From Ginkgo biloba (taxonomy: Eukaryota; Plantae; Ginkgophyta): a DNA stretch of 23,234 nucleotides. The DNA lies in the NCBI GenBank assembly GCA_024626585.2, contig JANKJI020000002.1, forward strand, positions 12,124,082-12,147,315. The letters run 5' to 3'. The notes beneath the pieces are model-generated. The model was given only the letters and a program-made list of their open reading frames with translations, had not been told where the DNA came from and did no database searches. Both the position numbers and the translations under genes were made by a program. This document shows, piece after piece, positions 1 through 10,019 of the stretch; within the stretch, counting starts at the first letter, position 1; every line of letters starts with the position of its first letter.

Positions 1-233
1 AGATAAGGGTATTATTTTTCATGTGTAGCAATAAATAAACCTTATTAAACAACTTGAATCATTAAGATATTGATTAGATAATCATATTAGAAAGAGACAC
101 GGTTTAACAAACATCCTTGAGATATACTATGGGATGGGAACTAGTCTTATGTGGTTTATTGTGTTGGGGTGTAAGATTGTGGTCCTACATATATGGGTTT
201 CTAAAAAAATTGGATGATATTATATCAAGAAAT

Positions 234-1080
234 GATTTTGTTAGGATAACCATAGAGATTCCTTAGGTTGAATTCATGTTTTAAAGTCCACAAAATTATT
301 ATTGGTCCCAACATCAGTGTTAAGTGAAAAAAAAAAATTAGATCTGGAGTTGAATTATTACAGGGGGTTTAGGAGTAGGACTCTAAGAATCATGGCTCTT
401 GTTGTTGGGGTTTTTCTTAGTAGCATGCTTGTTATTTAAGGGTGATAAATTGAACATGTTATCCATTTCCTATTATAAATAAAGGCTAATATTATAGTTG
501 CAATTATTTAACCCTCTTTGGGATAACTTGTTTATATAAATCCTTTATCTTGTCATGGAGGTCTATTGACCAAGTAGTTATTTTGGAGTTTCTACTTGCT
601 AATTCTAGTTGGATTTCTATGTATAAACATGAAAGGTTTGATAAGTTGTGAGAATACCTTGAATGTGTAGACCTCATACATAAGTTAGTTGATAGTGGAG
701 GAAACCTAATTTATGTTAAGTTCTTGTTTGATGGAAATAAGAAGCTGACCAATCATGGCATTGCCCACTAGGCCATAATTGTACAAATATGTTGATAATG
801 AGGGCATTTTTAATGCCATCCTCATTTTTGGTGGGAACTAAGAGGGGGGGATAGTATGTAGTTTTAGGTAGAAGAGAATCTACAAACCACTTTATTACTT
901 AGTAGTGTTCAATTGGGTCTTTACATTGTTCATGATCAATGCATTAGTTGTGAATATATATAGTGAAGGGGACATTAGGTGCTTGTCTTATTTTCATAAG
1001 GAGGAGGAGATTGACTTCAATAAATTTATCTAATGTTTAAGGTCTATCATTAAATTATCTAATCGGGTTTATAGACTTTA
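234..1080 (+). mobile_element. Highly decayed LINE-like remnant (ORF1-like motif and plant L1 RNase H-like motifs)
   Basis: By-eye translation gives DFVRITIEI at 234-260 (cf. plant LINE ORF1 FARIxVEID), W-R-K-P/frameshift/VKFLFDG at 696-735 (cf. WxPP..KLNFDG) and IYSEGD at ~957-973 (cf. VxVEGDS). Many stops and frameshifts; matches are short. Confidence 0.3.
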
Positions 1081-1483
1081 AATTGGTAAGATAAAGGTAG
1101 AATTTCAACTGTCACCTTTAAGCATTCAATTAATAAGAATTATATGCAAAAATAAATTGGAGCAACTACTATAGTAAATAATGAGTGAAATAGAGCTATA
1201 GAAAACATATCACCAACAAAAATCTCATAACCTATTCTAAAATGAAATAAAATCCTTTCTAATTTTGAGATAAATTAGTGCATAGTTATGGATGGAGATC
1301 CTTATGTCTAAGATTATTAGAGTTAGTTAGGACACCTATGCAATCTTTATTTTTAAGGAAAAGTTTGACTAAATTCTTTATTTCTCTAAAAGTATTCATC
1401 TATAATGTCTTCAATGGATGCAACTAATCAAGCTTATAAATAATCATTGTCAAAATTTAATCAAACTCATCATCCTAGTGAAC

Positions 1484-1815
1484 AAAGGTGAAATTACCTT
1501 CAAATTAACTAAGGTCACACATAATTTTGTAGAAGGGAGGCCTAATTTTGACATGACCATAGGAAAAAGTTACCTTTATTGCATTTAAATATAATTTTAC
1601 CTACATCATAGTTGAAGGTAAAATTGCCTTTGGTGCAAATATAGGTGTGTTGCATTTAGTTGCACTAAAGGAAACTTACCTTTAATACATATGAGGATAA
1701 CTTTCTTATCAACTTACCTTCAACCTAGATGAAGGTAACTTTAAAGATACCTTCACCATCGACGAAGGTAAGTTTATACATAAAAGATATGCATTTACAT
1801 TTATTGAAGGTAAAG
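1484..1815. repeat. Array of alternating TTACCTTCA / TGAAGGTAA inverted motifs
   Basis: About a dozen degenerate copies in alternating orientation. A perfect 9-bp stem is TTACCTTCA (1714-1722), 7-nt loop, TGAAGGTAA (1730-1738); similar pairs at 1484-1502, 1613-1631, 1667-1684 and 1747-1772. Confidence 0.8.
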
Positions 1816-1935
1816 GCATTATCATATAGACAATAAAATATTAAATATTCTATTAGTTTAATTATGTAGAAATATACCATATTATATCATGGTATTATTA
1901 TAAAAAATTATTATTTTACATATCTTTAGACAAAA

Positions 1936-2626
1936 TCATATAAAAGATAGGAAAAATAATGAGGTAGGAAATTCCTTGTCATTCCATGTTGCTTGACTTA
2001 ATTAGTCAACTTGTGAACCATGTTGTTCTTCTATTTTTGCTAGCTAAGGTGCTCTAGTATGATTTTCTTCTAGTATTGTTGTTAGTGGTGCCTACTGAAT
2101 GGATTCACCAAAAATCTCTATAATTATTTTATTCTTTTCTTACTTCTTCTCCCTAGCCTCCTTGGACATAGTTTTATTATTTTAAAAGATGGAACTAAGG
2201 TAATTTTATGTCTAGTGCACTTATCCTTCAACTTTGTCTATGGTGTTGGCAATCCCTTCCAAGGTTTTTTCTCTTCCACTCTACTTCTTGCATTTCTTTT
2301 GAATGAAAAAGCCATAAAAAGAGGATGGTATTGATACACCATATCAATCCACCTATACCTTAATTATTCAATTTTCCTACATAAATGTTATGCCCTATCA
2401 ACTACAAGATTATAATTGGATGCATCGTAGGGATCCTTATTTTAGAATCTAAGTCCAAATATCTCACTTTGATAGAGATAGTAGTCTTAGTTTCTTTTAA
2501 AACTAGGGGTATCCTTTACCCCCAAATGTCTACTATTGTGTGTATCCTAGCCTCATAAGAAACCCTCTATGAAGCCTCTTCAATCTTCTTTTCATGGTCA
2601 TCAATGAGTTATTTTCTTATATAGAA
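1936..2626 (-). pseudogene. C-terminal part of a decayed unknown TE-borne ORF (paralog of 3337-5240)
   Basis: Reads ...EEAS*RVSYEARIHTIVDIWG*R... YNLVVDRA*HLCRKIE*LRYRWIDMVYQYHPLFMAFSFKRNARSRVEEKKPWKGLPTP ... NDKEFPTSLFFLSFI*. The stop (TGA 1938-1936) is at the position homologous to the stop in the second copy. Confidence 0.6.
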
Positions 2627-2726
2627 NNNNNNNNNNNNNNNNNNNNNNNNNNNNNNNNNNNNNNNNNNNNNNNNNNNNNNNNNNNNNNNNNNNNNNNNNN
2701 NNNNNNNNNNNNNNNNNNNNNNNNNN

Positions 2727-4000
2727 CCTTCCATCCTATACTTATTAAAGTTAGCCAAAACACTTTCATGATCTTTATTTTTAGAGAAAAAAATTGCCTA
2801 AATTCTTTAATCATATGAGATTATTTATATATCATGTTTTCAATGGATGCAACTAATCTCTCAATTAAATGACCATTAGAATAACTTAATCAAATTACTT
2901 TCATGATGAACAAGGGTAGAATTACCTTCAAATTAATTAAAGGTCAAGTTTCCCTAAAGTCGATTGAAGGCAAGTCAAGCTTTAATATGACCACAAGGAA
3001 ACAATTATCTTTGGCACCTCTAAAGGCAGCATTACCTACATCAAATTAAAAGGTAATTTACTTTTATCATAAATGTAGGTATGTCTCTTTTAGCGTAGAT
3101 AAAGGAAATTTACCTTCAATTCTCGTGAGGGTAACTTTAATCATTGACTTACCTTCACCATTATTAAAAGTAAGTTTATACATAAAAGAGACACCTTTAT
3201 ATTTATTAAATGTAAAGTCATTCCTAAATGCATAATAAAAAACCAAATATCCCATCACATGAATTATATAGGAAACCCCATATTACATCATGCATTTATT
3301 ACAAAAAATGATTCTTTATATATTCTTAATTCAGAATTATACAAGAAGTAGGGCAAATGATGAGATAGGAAAACCCTCATCATTTCCCCACTACTTGACT
3401 TCATTGGTCCTATTGTGAAATATTTTGTTGGTTTATGGGTATTGTAATAGTTAGTCTCTCTCCTTAGACTAGTGTTAGTGGTGTTTGTTGATTGAAATCT
3501 TTAATGATGTTCCTAATCAGTTAATGTTCGACTTGATTTTTCTATATGGCTTCCTTAACCATATTTTTTTTAATTATAAAAAATGAGCATGAGGTCATTC
3601 TATATCCGGTGCACTAATCCTTCATACTCTATTATAGGTGTTGGCATCTCCCTCCATGTTTTGTCCTCTTTCACTCTATTACTTGCATTCCTATTACATG
3701 AAAAAGGCAACAAAAAAGGATGAGATTGATATACCATACAAATCCACCTATTCCCCAACTCCTTAATGTGCCTAAACAAATGTTGTCCCCTATCAACTAC
3801 AATATTATAAAATCTTTATTTTTTAGATTAAGGGGAAGATCGCTCACTCTAATAGAATTAATAGTTTTTTAATCTTTTGATACTAATAGAAACCTTGGCC
3901 CCCAAGTGCCCAAGGTTGTTTCTAAACTAGCTTTATAATCAACCCTCCATGCATCATCTTCCATATTTTTCTCACACTTATTAATATATCATTGTTCATT
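2727..4000. repeat. Copy 2 of the ~1.3 kb diverged direct duplication, with a second TTACCTT/AAGGTAA array at ~2910-3220
   Basis: Colinear with 1301-2626. Substitutions and indels are spread throughout, so this is not a simple assembly duplicate. Confidence 0.9.
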
Positions 4001-5240
4001 TATAATGTTAAGCCTAATAGCCTCCTTATTTTAGAGTTGCAACTAAGCATATTCGTTTTCCTATCTTTCCCTGATACTTGTTTGGAAAATAGAGTGGATA
4101 ATATGGATCTTATATGCAGACTACCATCAGGAAATTTGGATGAGTGAATGCCATCTTTACAAAATTCATTAGCTAAAAATATCATAACCAACATATTTAA
4201 GTATACCCTATTAATCCTCTTCTAGAAAGCCTCCAATATTTATATATCACATTTGAGAACGGGTGTTGGATTCAAGAGTGACCTATATTATAACCCCAAA
4301 CTCCTCTTTTTATATATAATGGCATAGACCCTTGGTAGGGATTTACACCTTAAGATCTAGATAGCAAAATTCATATAATTCATAAGCAAAACATTGATAT
4401 CTTCCACTTTCTTATCTAGTTTAGTATAATTATTGTGAGGGATTTGATTTCTATCTCACTATTTAATTTAAGATAGATATTTGATGCTCCAAAGTTACCA
4501 CAATACTAGTTATGTCTCCTCCTTCATCAGGAACAATTCTAACTAAGCATAAATGTTTAGTAATAGTATTCATCTCTTATATTTTCTTATATAAATTAGT
4601 CAGTGGATATTCTTAGAGATATAACATTGACCTTAAGAAATATAGTAACTTCTTATACTTCCTTCTTTTTCTCCTCGGTTTGTTACTTTATTAGTTGAAC
4701 ATGGAAGAGAGTAGGTGCTAGAACTAATGGAATAAAGAGAGTAGCAAGTTAAAAAAATGGTCTTAGTACCTGACTAGTCTAGTGACAATTGAATGATTAA
4801 TGGTGAGGTTATTAGACAACTAGTCGAATAGGTGAAGAAGGTTGTGTGAATGGTAGAATTATTACTGGAGTGAATGATAACATTAATGATTGAATACATT
4901 CGTGAGGATCATTGTACTCTATCCCCATGGAAGTGTTGATAATTAATTAGTTAAATATAGGCTATAAAACTTTCTTNNNNNNNNNNNNNNNNNNNNNNNN
5001 NNNNGCCACCTAGTAAAATTGTTGCCCCTAATATCTATAAGGAAATGAGTTATGTCTATTATTTCCACTTTCTTCCAAGTAGTGAAAAATATAGAATTTG
5101 GGGTATATAAGTATATAGGGTGTTGGTTCATTAAACATATTTTTATATGAATAATAAAAATTGGTCCCAAGGCACAAGTACAAACTTTATAGGAACCCAA
5201 AGTAAAAATTTACTCCTTCCAAGGGTGATTTAAGTAAACG
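3337..5240 (-). pseudogene. Decayed ~630-codon ORF of unknown function: HP-YL-TP-WKK domain, Pro/Ser/Thr-rich linker, coiled-coil-like stretch, conserved C-terminal domain
   Basis: Chained frames include track ORFs 4943..5200 (LMNQHPIYLYTPNSIFFTTWKKVEIIDITHFLIDIRGNNFTRW) and 4000..4194. They continue with DDAWRVDYKASLETTLGTWGPR, IVVDRGQHLFRHIKELGNRWICMVYQSHPFLLPFSCNRNASNRVKEDKTWREMPTP, and end WGNDEGFPISSFALLLV* (TAA 3339-3337). Most stops are TAA/TAG consistent with CAA/CAG deamination. Confidence 0.6.
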
Positions 5241-5247
5241 TTGTTCA

Positions 5248-5509
5248 TACTACAATAAAGTAGGNNNNNNNNNNNNNNNNNNNNNNNNNNNNNNNNGATC
5301 GCAAAATTTTTTTTTTTGACTCTAGAACCCAAAAGGTTACAAAAGACACACACTTATAAAACCCCTAATAGTGATCTTTTTACAACCCTTTTGCTAGATT
5401 TTTTTGTAATTATTAGCAACCATTTTTGCTACCCTTTATGCCACATTTTTTAGTGTTTTTTAAGACCCTAATAATAAGCTTTTTTCAAACCTAATAACAA
5501 CCCTTTTCA
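5248..5509. mobile_element. Possible CACTA (En/Spm) transposon terminus with subterminal repeats
   Basis: TACTACAATAAAG at 5248-5260 resembles the CACTACAAGAAA terminus with a C>T change. It is followed, across a short gap, by clustered short direct and inverted motifs (CCCTAATA; [T/A]CAACCCTTTT; TAGCAA...TTGCTA) at 5361-5509. It lies where the upstream ORF homology stops. Confidence 0.35.
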
Positions 5510-5861
5510 NNNNNNNNNNNNNNNNNNNNNNNNNNNNNNNNNNNNNNNNNNNNNNNNNNNNNNNNNNNNNNNNNNNNNNNNNNNNNNNNNNNNNNNNNNN
5601 NNNNNNNNNTCTGTAAACCTTACGCTATTTTATCAAAAGCTATAATTAAATGACAGTAAACTTTATTCATTCTTCCCAAAAAAATTGCATTGTAATGTAA
5701 TTCAAGTTGGTTAATTTTTTGAAATCATTTTTTGGGTTGATTCTTAAGAAAACAATTGTATATATTCATTTTATTTTCTTACTAATTTTATGTTAGCATT
5801 TAAATCATATCCCTTTTGAAATATTGAGAAATCATTATCGACTATTGGGTGNNNNNNNNNN

Positions 5862-6706
5862 TATTTTATAAGCAATTATCTCTTGCGATTTTTCGATCTT
5901 CATCTAATCATTGTGTACATGGCCACAAGTTGAAGGTGAAGGCAGGGAACTATTTTATTCTGCCAAATTACTTTAGTGGATCAACAATATGCTTTCATAT
6001 TCATCCAGTGAGAAAAAAAGACTCAAATGCTAAGGAAATAATCGATGTATGCGTGTGAAAAATTTCCTTGAATTTCAAAATGTAATATGGAGTCCATGGT
6101 CAAATCCATATCGACGATTTGAGTGAATTTGGTACTTATGTCTATAGAATCCCCAAGTTCATAAGCACTCAAACTAGTAGGTTTATAATTCTCATGCACA
6201 TATTATTTTGGTGATGGAGAGGCCTCCATGTCTGCAACTAGAATTATATTTTGGGAAATTTTTCACTAACTAATTTATTGTATTTATCACACTCAAATTT
6301 GTCAATACATACTAATCATGATGTGAAGAACATTATATAAAATTTATTCATACATAGAAATTAAGACTCAAGATTTAAGTCAATTGAGAATTAGATGTCA
6401 GGTTTTGAACCTCAAATGGATTTTCATGTATATAAGATAGATAATAATGGTTTTAATGCCTTTAATTATCTTATGCTCAATTTTATCTATAATGATATTA
6501 ATAGCTTCTATATTCATATCAATCATTTTATCGATTGTCCATTGAATCACAAACACAACATCATAGCATAAATCCATTGCTTGTAAATTTTAAGGATTAA
6601 ATATCCTGACCATTGTAGAGTAAGAGGCTAACCATAATATCCCAATTTCATTGTAGAGATTCATAAAATATCTCCACTACTATGAACACTTAGAAAATAT
6701 AGACAT
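5862..6706 (-). pseudogene. Gene-like relic with putative intron, product unknown
   Basis: ATG at 6706-6704 about 70 nt after a TATA box, then a mostly open frame to ~6400. AT-rich intron candidate with GTATGA (6353) or GTATGT (6312) donor and TTGCAG acceptor (6237-6232). Second exon DMEASPSPK*YVHENYKPTSLSAYELGDSIDIST...FPAFTFNLWPC with several stops. Confidence 0.35.
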
Positions 6707-6773
6707 GTGAAGAAGTGTGAAAATTGGTTGAGGGATGCAAAAAAATGCTCTGCTTCAAAGAGAGAGAAGATTG

Positions 6774-6781
6774 TTTTATAG
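6774..6781 (-). promoter_or_regulatory. Putative TATA box followed by a CT-rich leader
   Basis: Minus strand reads CCCCTCTATAAAACAATCTTCTCTCTCTTTG, a typical plant core promoter layout. Confidence 0.3.
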
Positions 6782-7259
6782 AGGGGTGATTAATATGCAC
6801 GTATCCATAGTTATTATATTTTATAGGTTTTAAATCCCTGGCCATGGCCACTGCGAAGCCATTCGGCTTAACACAGGTTGGTGATCAAATTTTCATATCC
6901 CTTATATCTCAAAATAGTTTACAACTAGAGCAGGATGGCACCTAAGAGAGCTCATAAGTTTGTCCTTAAAGTGTACCATAAGGTGAGTCCAATACTCCTT
7001 CCTCACCTATTATTGATTTAGACCCTAACAACGTTGATGCTATAACATATATGTTTGTCGCCACTACCCTTATTGGGTATTTTATAAGGAGACCTTTGCT
7101 TAAAAATTTTCTTCCCCAATGGATCAAAGAATCCTAGGAGATTCATGGTTGCAAGGTAANNNNNNNNNNNNNNNNNNNNNNNNNNNNNNNNNNNNNNNNN
7201 NNNNNNNNNNNNNNNNNNNNNNNNNNNNNNNNNNNNNNNNNNNNNNNNNNNNNNNNNNN

Positions 7260-7577
7260 ATAACTTAACTACTCCATTTAAGAAGACTTCCATCACTTAG
7301 TATGATCCTAACCATTGTCATATGAATTTACATAGCCATTCCCCATACTTCTAATTGAACAAAAATGCCTAATCTCTAAGCTAGAATTTCCATTATGGAT
7401 TGTTGACATGGCTTCGTGGATGTCATTATTATATATATTTTCTATTAGTTCGTATATTCGCTTAGGATTGGGGGGCTTGTCCCACTTGTACTCACTTGTT
7501 CGATGCCTGTCTTTGGTTCTTACAAGCCCTATTCCTCCCCAAAATCCTTGGGCTTAATATGATTCCTCTGTCATTAT
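7260..7577 (-). mobile_element. Ty3/gypsy (non-chromovirus, Athila/Tat-like) integrase C-terminus, GPY/F region, decayed
   Basis: Reads KF*LRD*AFLFN*KYGEWLCKFI*QWLGSY*VMEVFLNGVVKL, matching FxxGDxVLLxNxK...GKFxxxWLGPYxVxEVFxNGxVxL. Confidence 0.65.
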
Positions 7578-8369
7578 NNNNNNNNNNNNNNNNNNNNNNN
7601 NNNNNNNNNNNNNNNNNNNNTTTTGGTGAGATCTTTGAGTCCTATGGAGTTGCAGGTGACCAAAGGCTACATCGTCCTATGTTCTTGGCATTCTCAATCA
7701 ATTTTTTAGTTGAGTGTTGGGATTTTGAAAGTATAAATTAAACCATTATTGCATGCCCAATGGTCGGGAGAATTTTTAGGAAGAAAGGGCTAAAGGAGGG
7801 ATTGTGGAGAGAGGAAACCTGCAATTGTAGTGGCAATCTAAATATGTTTGATATCTTTTCTTCTATTTAGAGGTAATTTTAATCCTATTTTACCTTTTCT
7901 TTAGTATTTGAAATAAATACCTACTACTTCATACTTCCATTCATTTTTTACTCTATTCTTGGGTTATTGCTTCCATCCTGTTCACTCTAGTGAATCACCT
8001 CTATTACAACTANNNNNNNNNNNNNNNNNNNNNNNNNATTGAGTCTAGCAATGTATGAATTATTTCAATGCCTAGTACTGCATATAACTTCCTTTTTTTC
8101 ATTCAACTCTTAATAGACATCGTCAAAGGATTCATTATGAGTCAGAATTAAAGACATTAAATAATTTCTTTTTCTCCTGTCTGTATTTGACCCCTCTATT
8201 TTTCATCACCTTCCCACTTGGTATGATCCTTGAAGTTTCTTGTCAGAAAATGAGGTCATTATATTTTGGTATATGAACTATAAATTGATTGTGGTATCCA
8301 ACAACCCTTCTTATCTAATGCAGTGACCTATTGTTACATCAAACACTCAATCTAATTTTGCTATCCCAA

Positions 8370-8688
8370 TGGCACCTTTGTCCTTTGAGTTGTCCTTCCA
8401 TTCACCAAGGTTGAATGACACCTATATTTTATATCCCCATGGGTGTCCTACTAGTGTTTTATATGATCCTCAAAATTCTTGCAAGTCTAAGACTTCAAAA
8501 TCTTACCTAACTTCCACCCCTTGCAAGTCTATAGTAGCACTTGGTAGAAGTTTGATGGGTTCTACTAGCTTCTAGTCAACCAATTTTAAATAGTTTGATG
8601 TTGGTACCAATCTAGGGGCTCCAATGGCTTTCTAGGTAGCTTTAGGTAATATATTCACCTGGGATTCCAAGTTGAATATGACATCTGG
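8370..8688 (-). mobile_element. Ty3/gypsy aspartic protease domain, decayed
   Basis: Reads VIFNLESQVNILPKAT*KAIGAPRLVPTSNYLKLVD*KLVEPIKLLPSATIDLQGVEVR*DFEVLDLQEF*GSYKTLVGHP(W), matching LDLGSxVNILP..W..LG.P.L.P....LKLADQ....P.G....DFxV....Y..LxGRPW. The catalytic Asp codon has decayed to Asn. Confidence 0.8.
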
Positions 8689-8788
8689 NNNNNNNNNNNN
8701 NNNNNNNNNNNNNNNNNNNNNNNNNNNNNNNNNNNNNNNNNNNNNNNNNNNNNNNNNNNNNNNNNNNNNNNNNNNNNNNNNNNNNNNN

Positions 8789-8860
8789 AATGAGGTTGTC
8801 GACGTTGATCTCTCTTGCCATGTGTTGGCGGGCGCACGGTGGGGATTTTCGATGTCAACA
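8789..8860 (-). mobile_element. Probable LTR terminus of a younger element (TGTTGACATCGAAAATCC...)
   Basis: A GC- and CpG-rich patch ends abruptly in TCAACA (8855-8860), i.e. TGTTGA on the minus strand, then AT-rich decayed sequence resumes. The other side is a 100-N gap. Confidence 0.45.
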
Positions 8861-9020
8861 CATACCACTATAGATGTATTTACTACATTTCCTTATGCTA
8901 AGAGTGACCATGAGAGTTGTGTTATATAATTATTTGGTTAGATGTCATTGATGAGGTCATTTAACATAGGTATATGATCCTATTAGGGAATCTATTCAAT
9001 TATAATACATTCCCTCATAG
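8861..9020 (+). mobile_element. Possible Ty1/copia reverse transcriptase fragment, very decayed
   Basis: IDVFTTFPYAKSDHESCVI*LFG has the spacing of copia DVKTAFLYGDLDEEIYMxQPxG; the match is weak. Confidence 0.25.
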
Positions 9021-9024
9021 CACA

Positions 9025-10009
9025 TGATATGTTTTGATCGTGTTTAAGGTCATGAGGATCCTTTTGTCTCTCTCTCTAATATCGAGGCTATTAACATTCA
9101 CATAAATCAATTAATATTAAATCTACACATGTAAACTTGTGCTCATAACCCACAAACACTTTTATTTCATAGATATAAATAATAATGTACAAGCTCCTTA
9201 CATAATATATATGTGAGAGAGAATATATAAGTGAGAAAGAATCAGTAAAATCTATTTCCCTCTCTTGAATTTTCTTTTTCTTTTAAGAACATACACATGC
9301 TTTCTTACAAACAAAACTATTCCATCCTATATCTAGATTTTAATGGATTGGATTCAACTTTAAATTATATACATTACACATAATTCATACTAAATACATA
9401 ATTTCAAACAATTCAATCCAAATCTAGATGTTTTTTCTTAGCTTTTTTTTTTCTTTTTTTTTTTTTTTTTATATCACTTAAGAAAAAANNNNNNNNNNNN
9501 NNNNNNNNNNNNNNNNNNNNNNNNNNNNACTCAAATTGATATACTTATTGAACCAAAAACTATCATCTTTCCTGTAACTATAACTTTATAGAATCAAGTT
9601 TCTTTAAATACGTAATAGTTTTGTTGCAATTGATATTGCAAAGAAAGGTAACAAGAAACAAACAAGGAAAGTAGAGCCTATTGAAAAGGAAATATATTTC
9701 TAAACTTAACTTGGATTGATATGCTCCTTAAACAAAAAATCATAAGATTTTTTAGAACTAAAACATTTTAGAAGAAAGTCTCTTAAAATTGTCAACATTT
9801 TGGTTACAATCTATGATGTAAGGATATGTACTAGTTTACAAATAAACGTATATTTTTTTATTTTAATAAAGTATTTAGTAAGGTTTTATCTAGCATGTTT
9901 ACCACTCCACTCCATGCCATGTTATATCAAAATTATCCTACATACATTAACCACTAAAATTTTAAGAACACTATGGTTAATAATCAAAATTAAGGATGCA
10001 TGAGCATCA
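9025..10009 (-). mobile_element. 3' LTR of the CRM-like chromovirus (inner end firm, outer end tentative)
   Basis: Starts TGATGC on the minus strand (GCATCA 10004-10009) directly after the PPT. Candidate outer end ...ATATCA at 9025-9030 (CATCA with C>T). Contains a 40-N gap and a poly-T tract. Confidence 0.55.
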
Positions 10010-10019
10010 TCCTCCCCTT
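10010..10019 (-). other. Polypurine tract (AAGGGGAGGA)
   Basis: Purine run between the end of pol and the TGATG LTR start. Confidence 0.85.

Larger units (their letters stand above)
1301..2626. repeat. Copy 1 of a ~1.3 kb diverged direct duplication (copy 2 at 2727-~4000)
   Basis: Colinear shared blocks: TCAATGGATGCAACTAATC (~1411 / ~2840), AATTACCTTCAAATTAA (~1492 / ~2920), GTAAGTTTATACATAAAAGA (~1768 / ~3170), CCCTATCAACTACAA (~2393 / ~3788). The copies are separated by a 100-N gap. Confidence 0.9.

Noticed and set aside
1484-1815. Motif array as a CRISPR-like repeat-spacer array
   Set aside because: The motifs are only ~9 bp, alternate in orientation and are irregularly spaced. The context is eukaryotic and has no cas genes.
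3760-3810. IVVDRGQHL as a ParB/Srx-like VDGxHR motif
   Set aside because: The paralog reads LVVDRAQHL, so the Gly and the HR pair are not conserved.
5849-6058. Plus-strand ORF as a plant self-incompatibility S1/SPH-like protein
   Set aside because: Only superficial similarity (PNYFSGST). The cysteine pattern and signal peptide are absent, and it may be the antisense shadow of the minus frame.
6839-6870. Palindrome TGGCCATGGCCA and hairpin AAGCC-ATTC-GGCTT as a Helitron 3' end
   Set aside because: No CTRR terminus at the expected distance on either strand.
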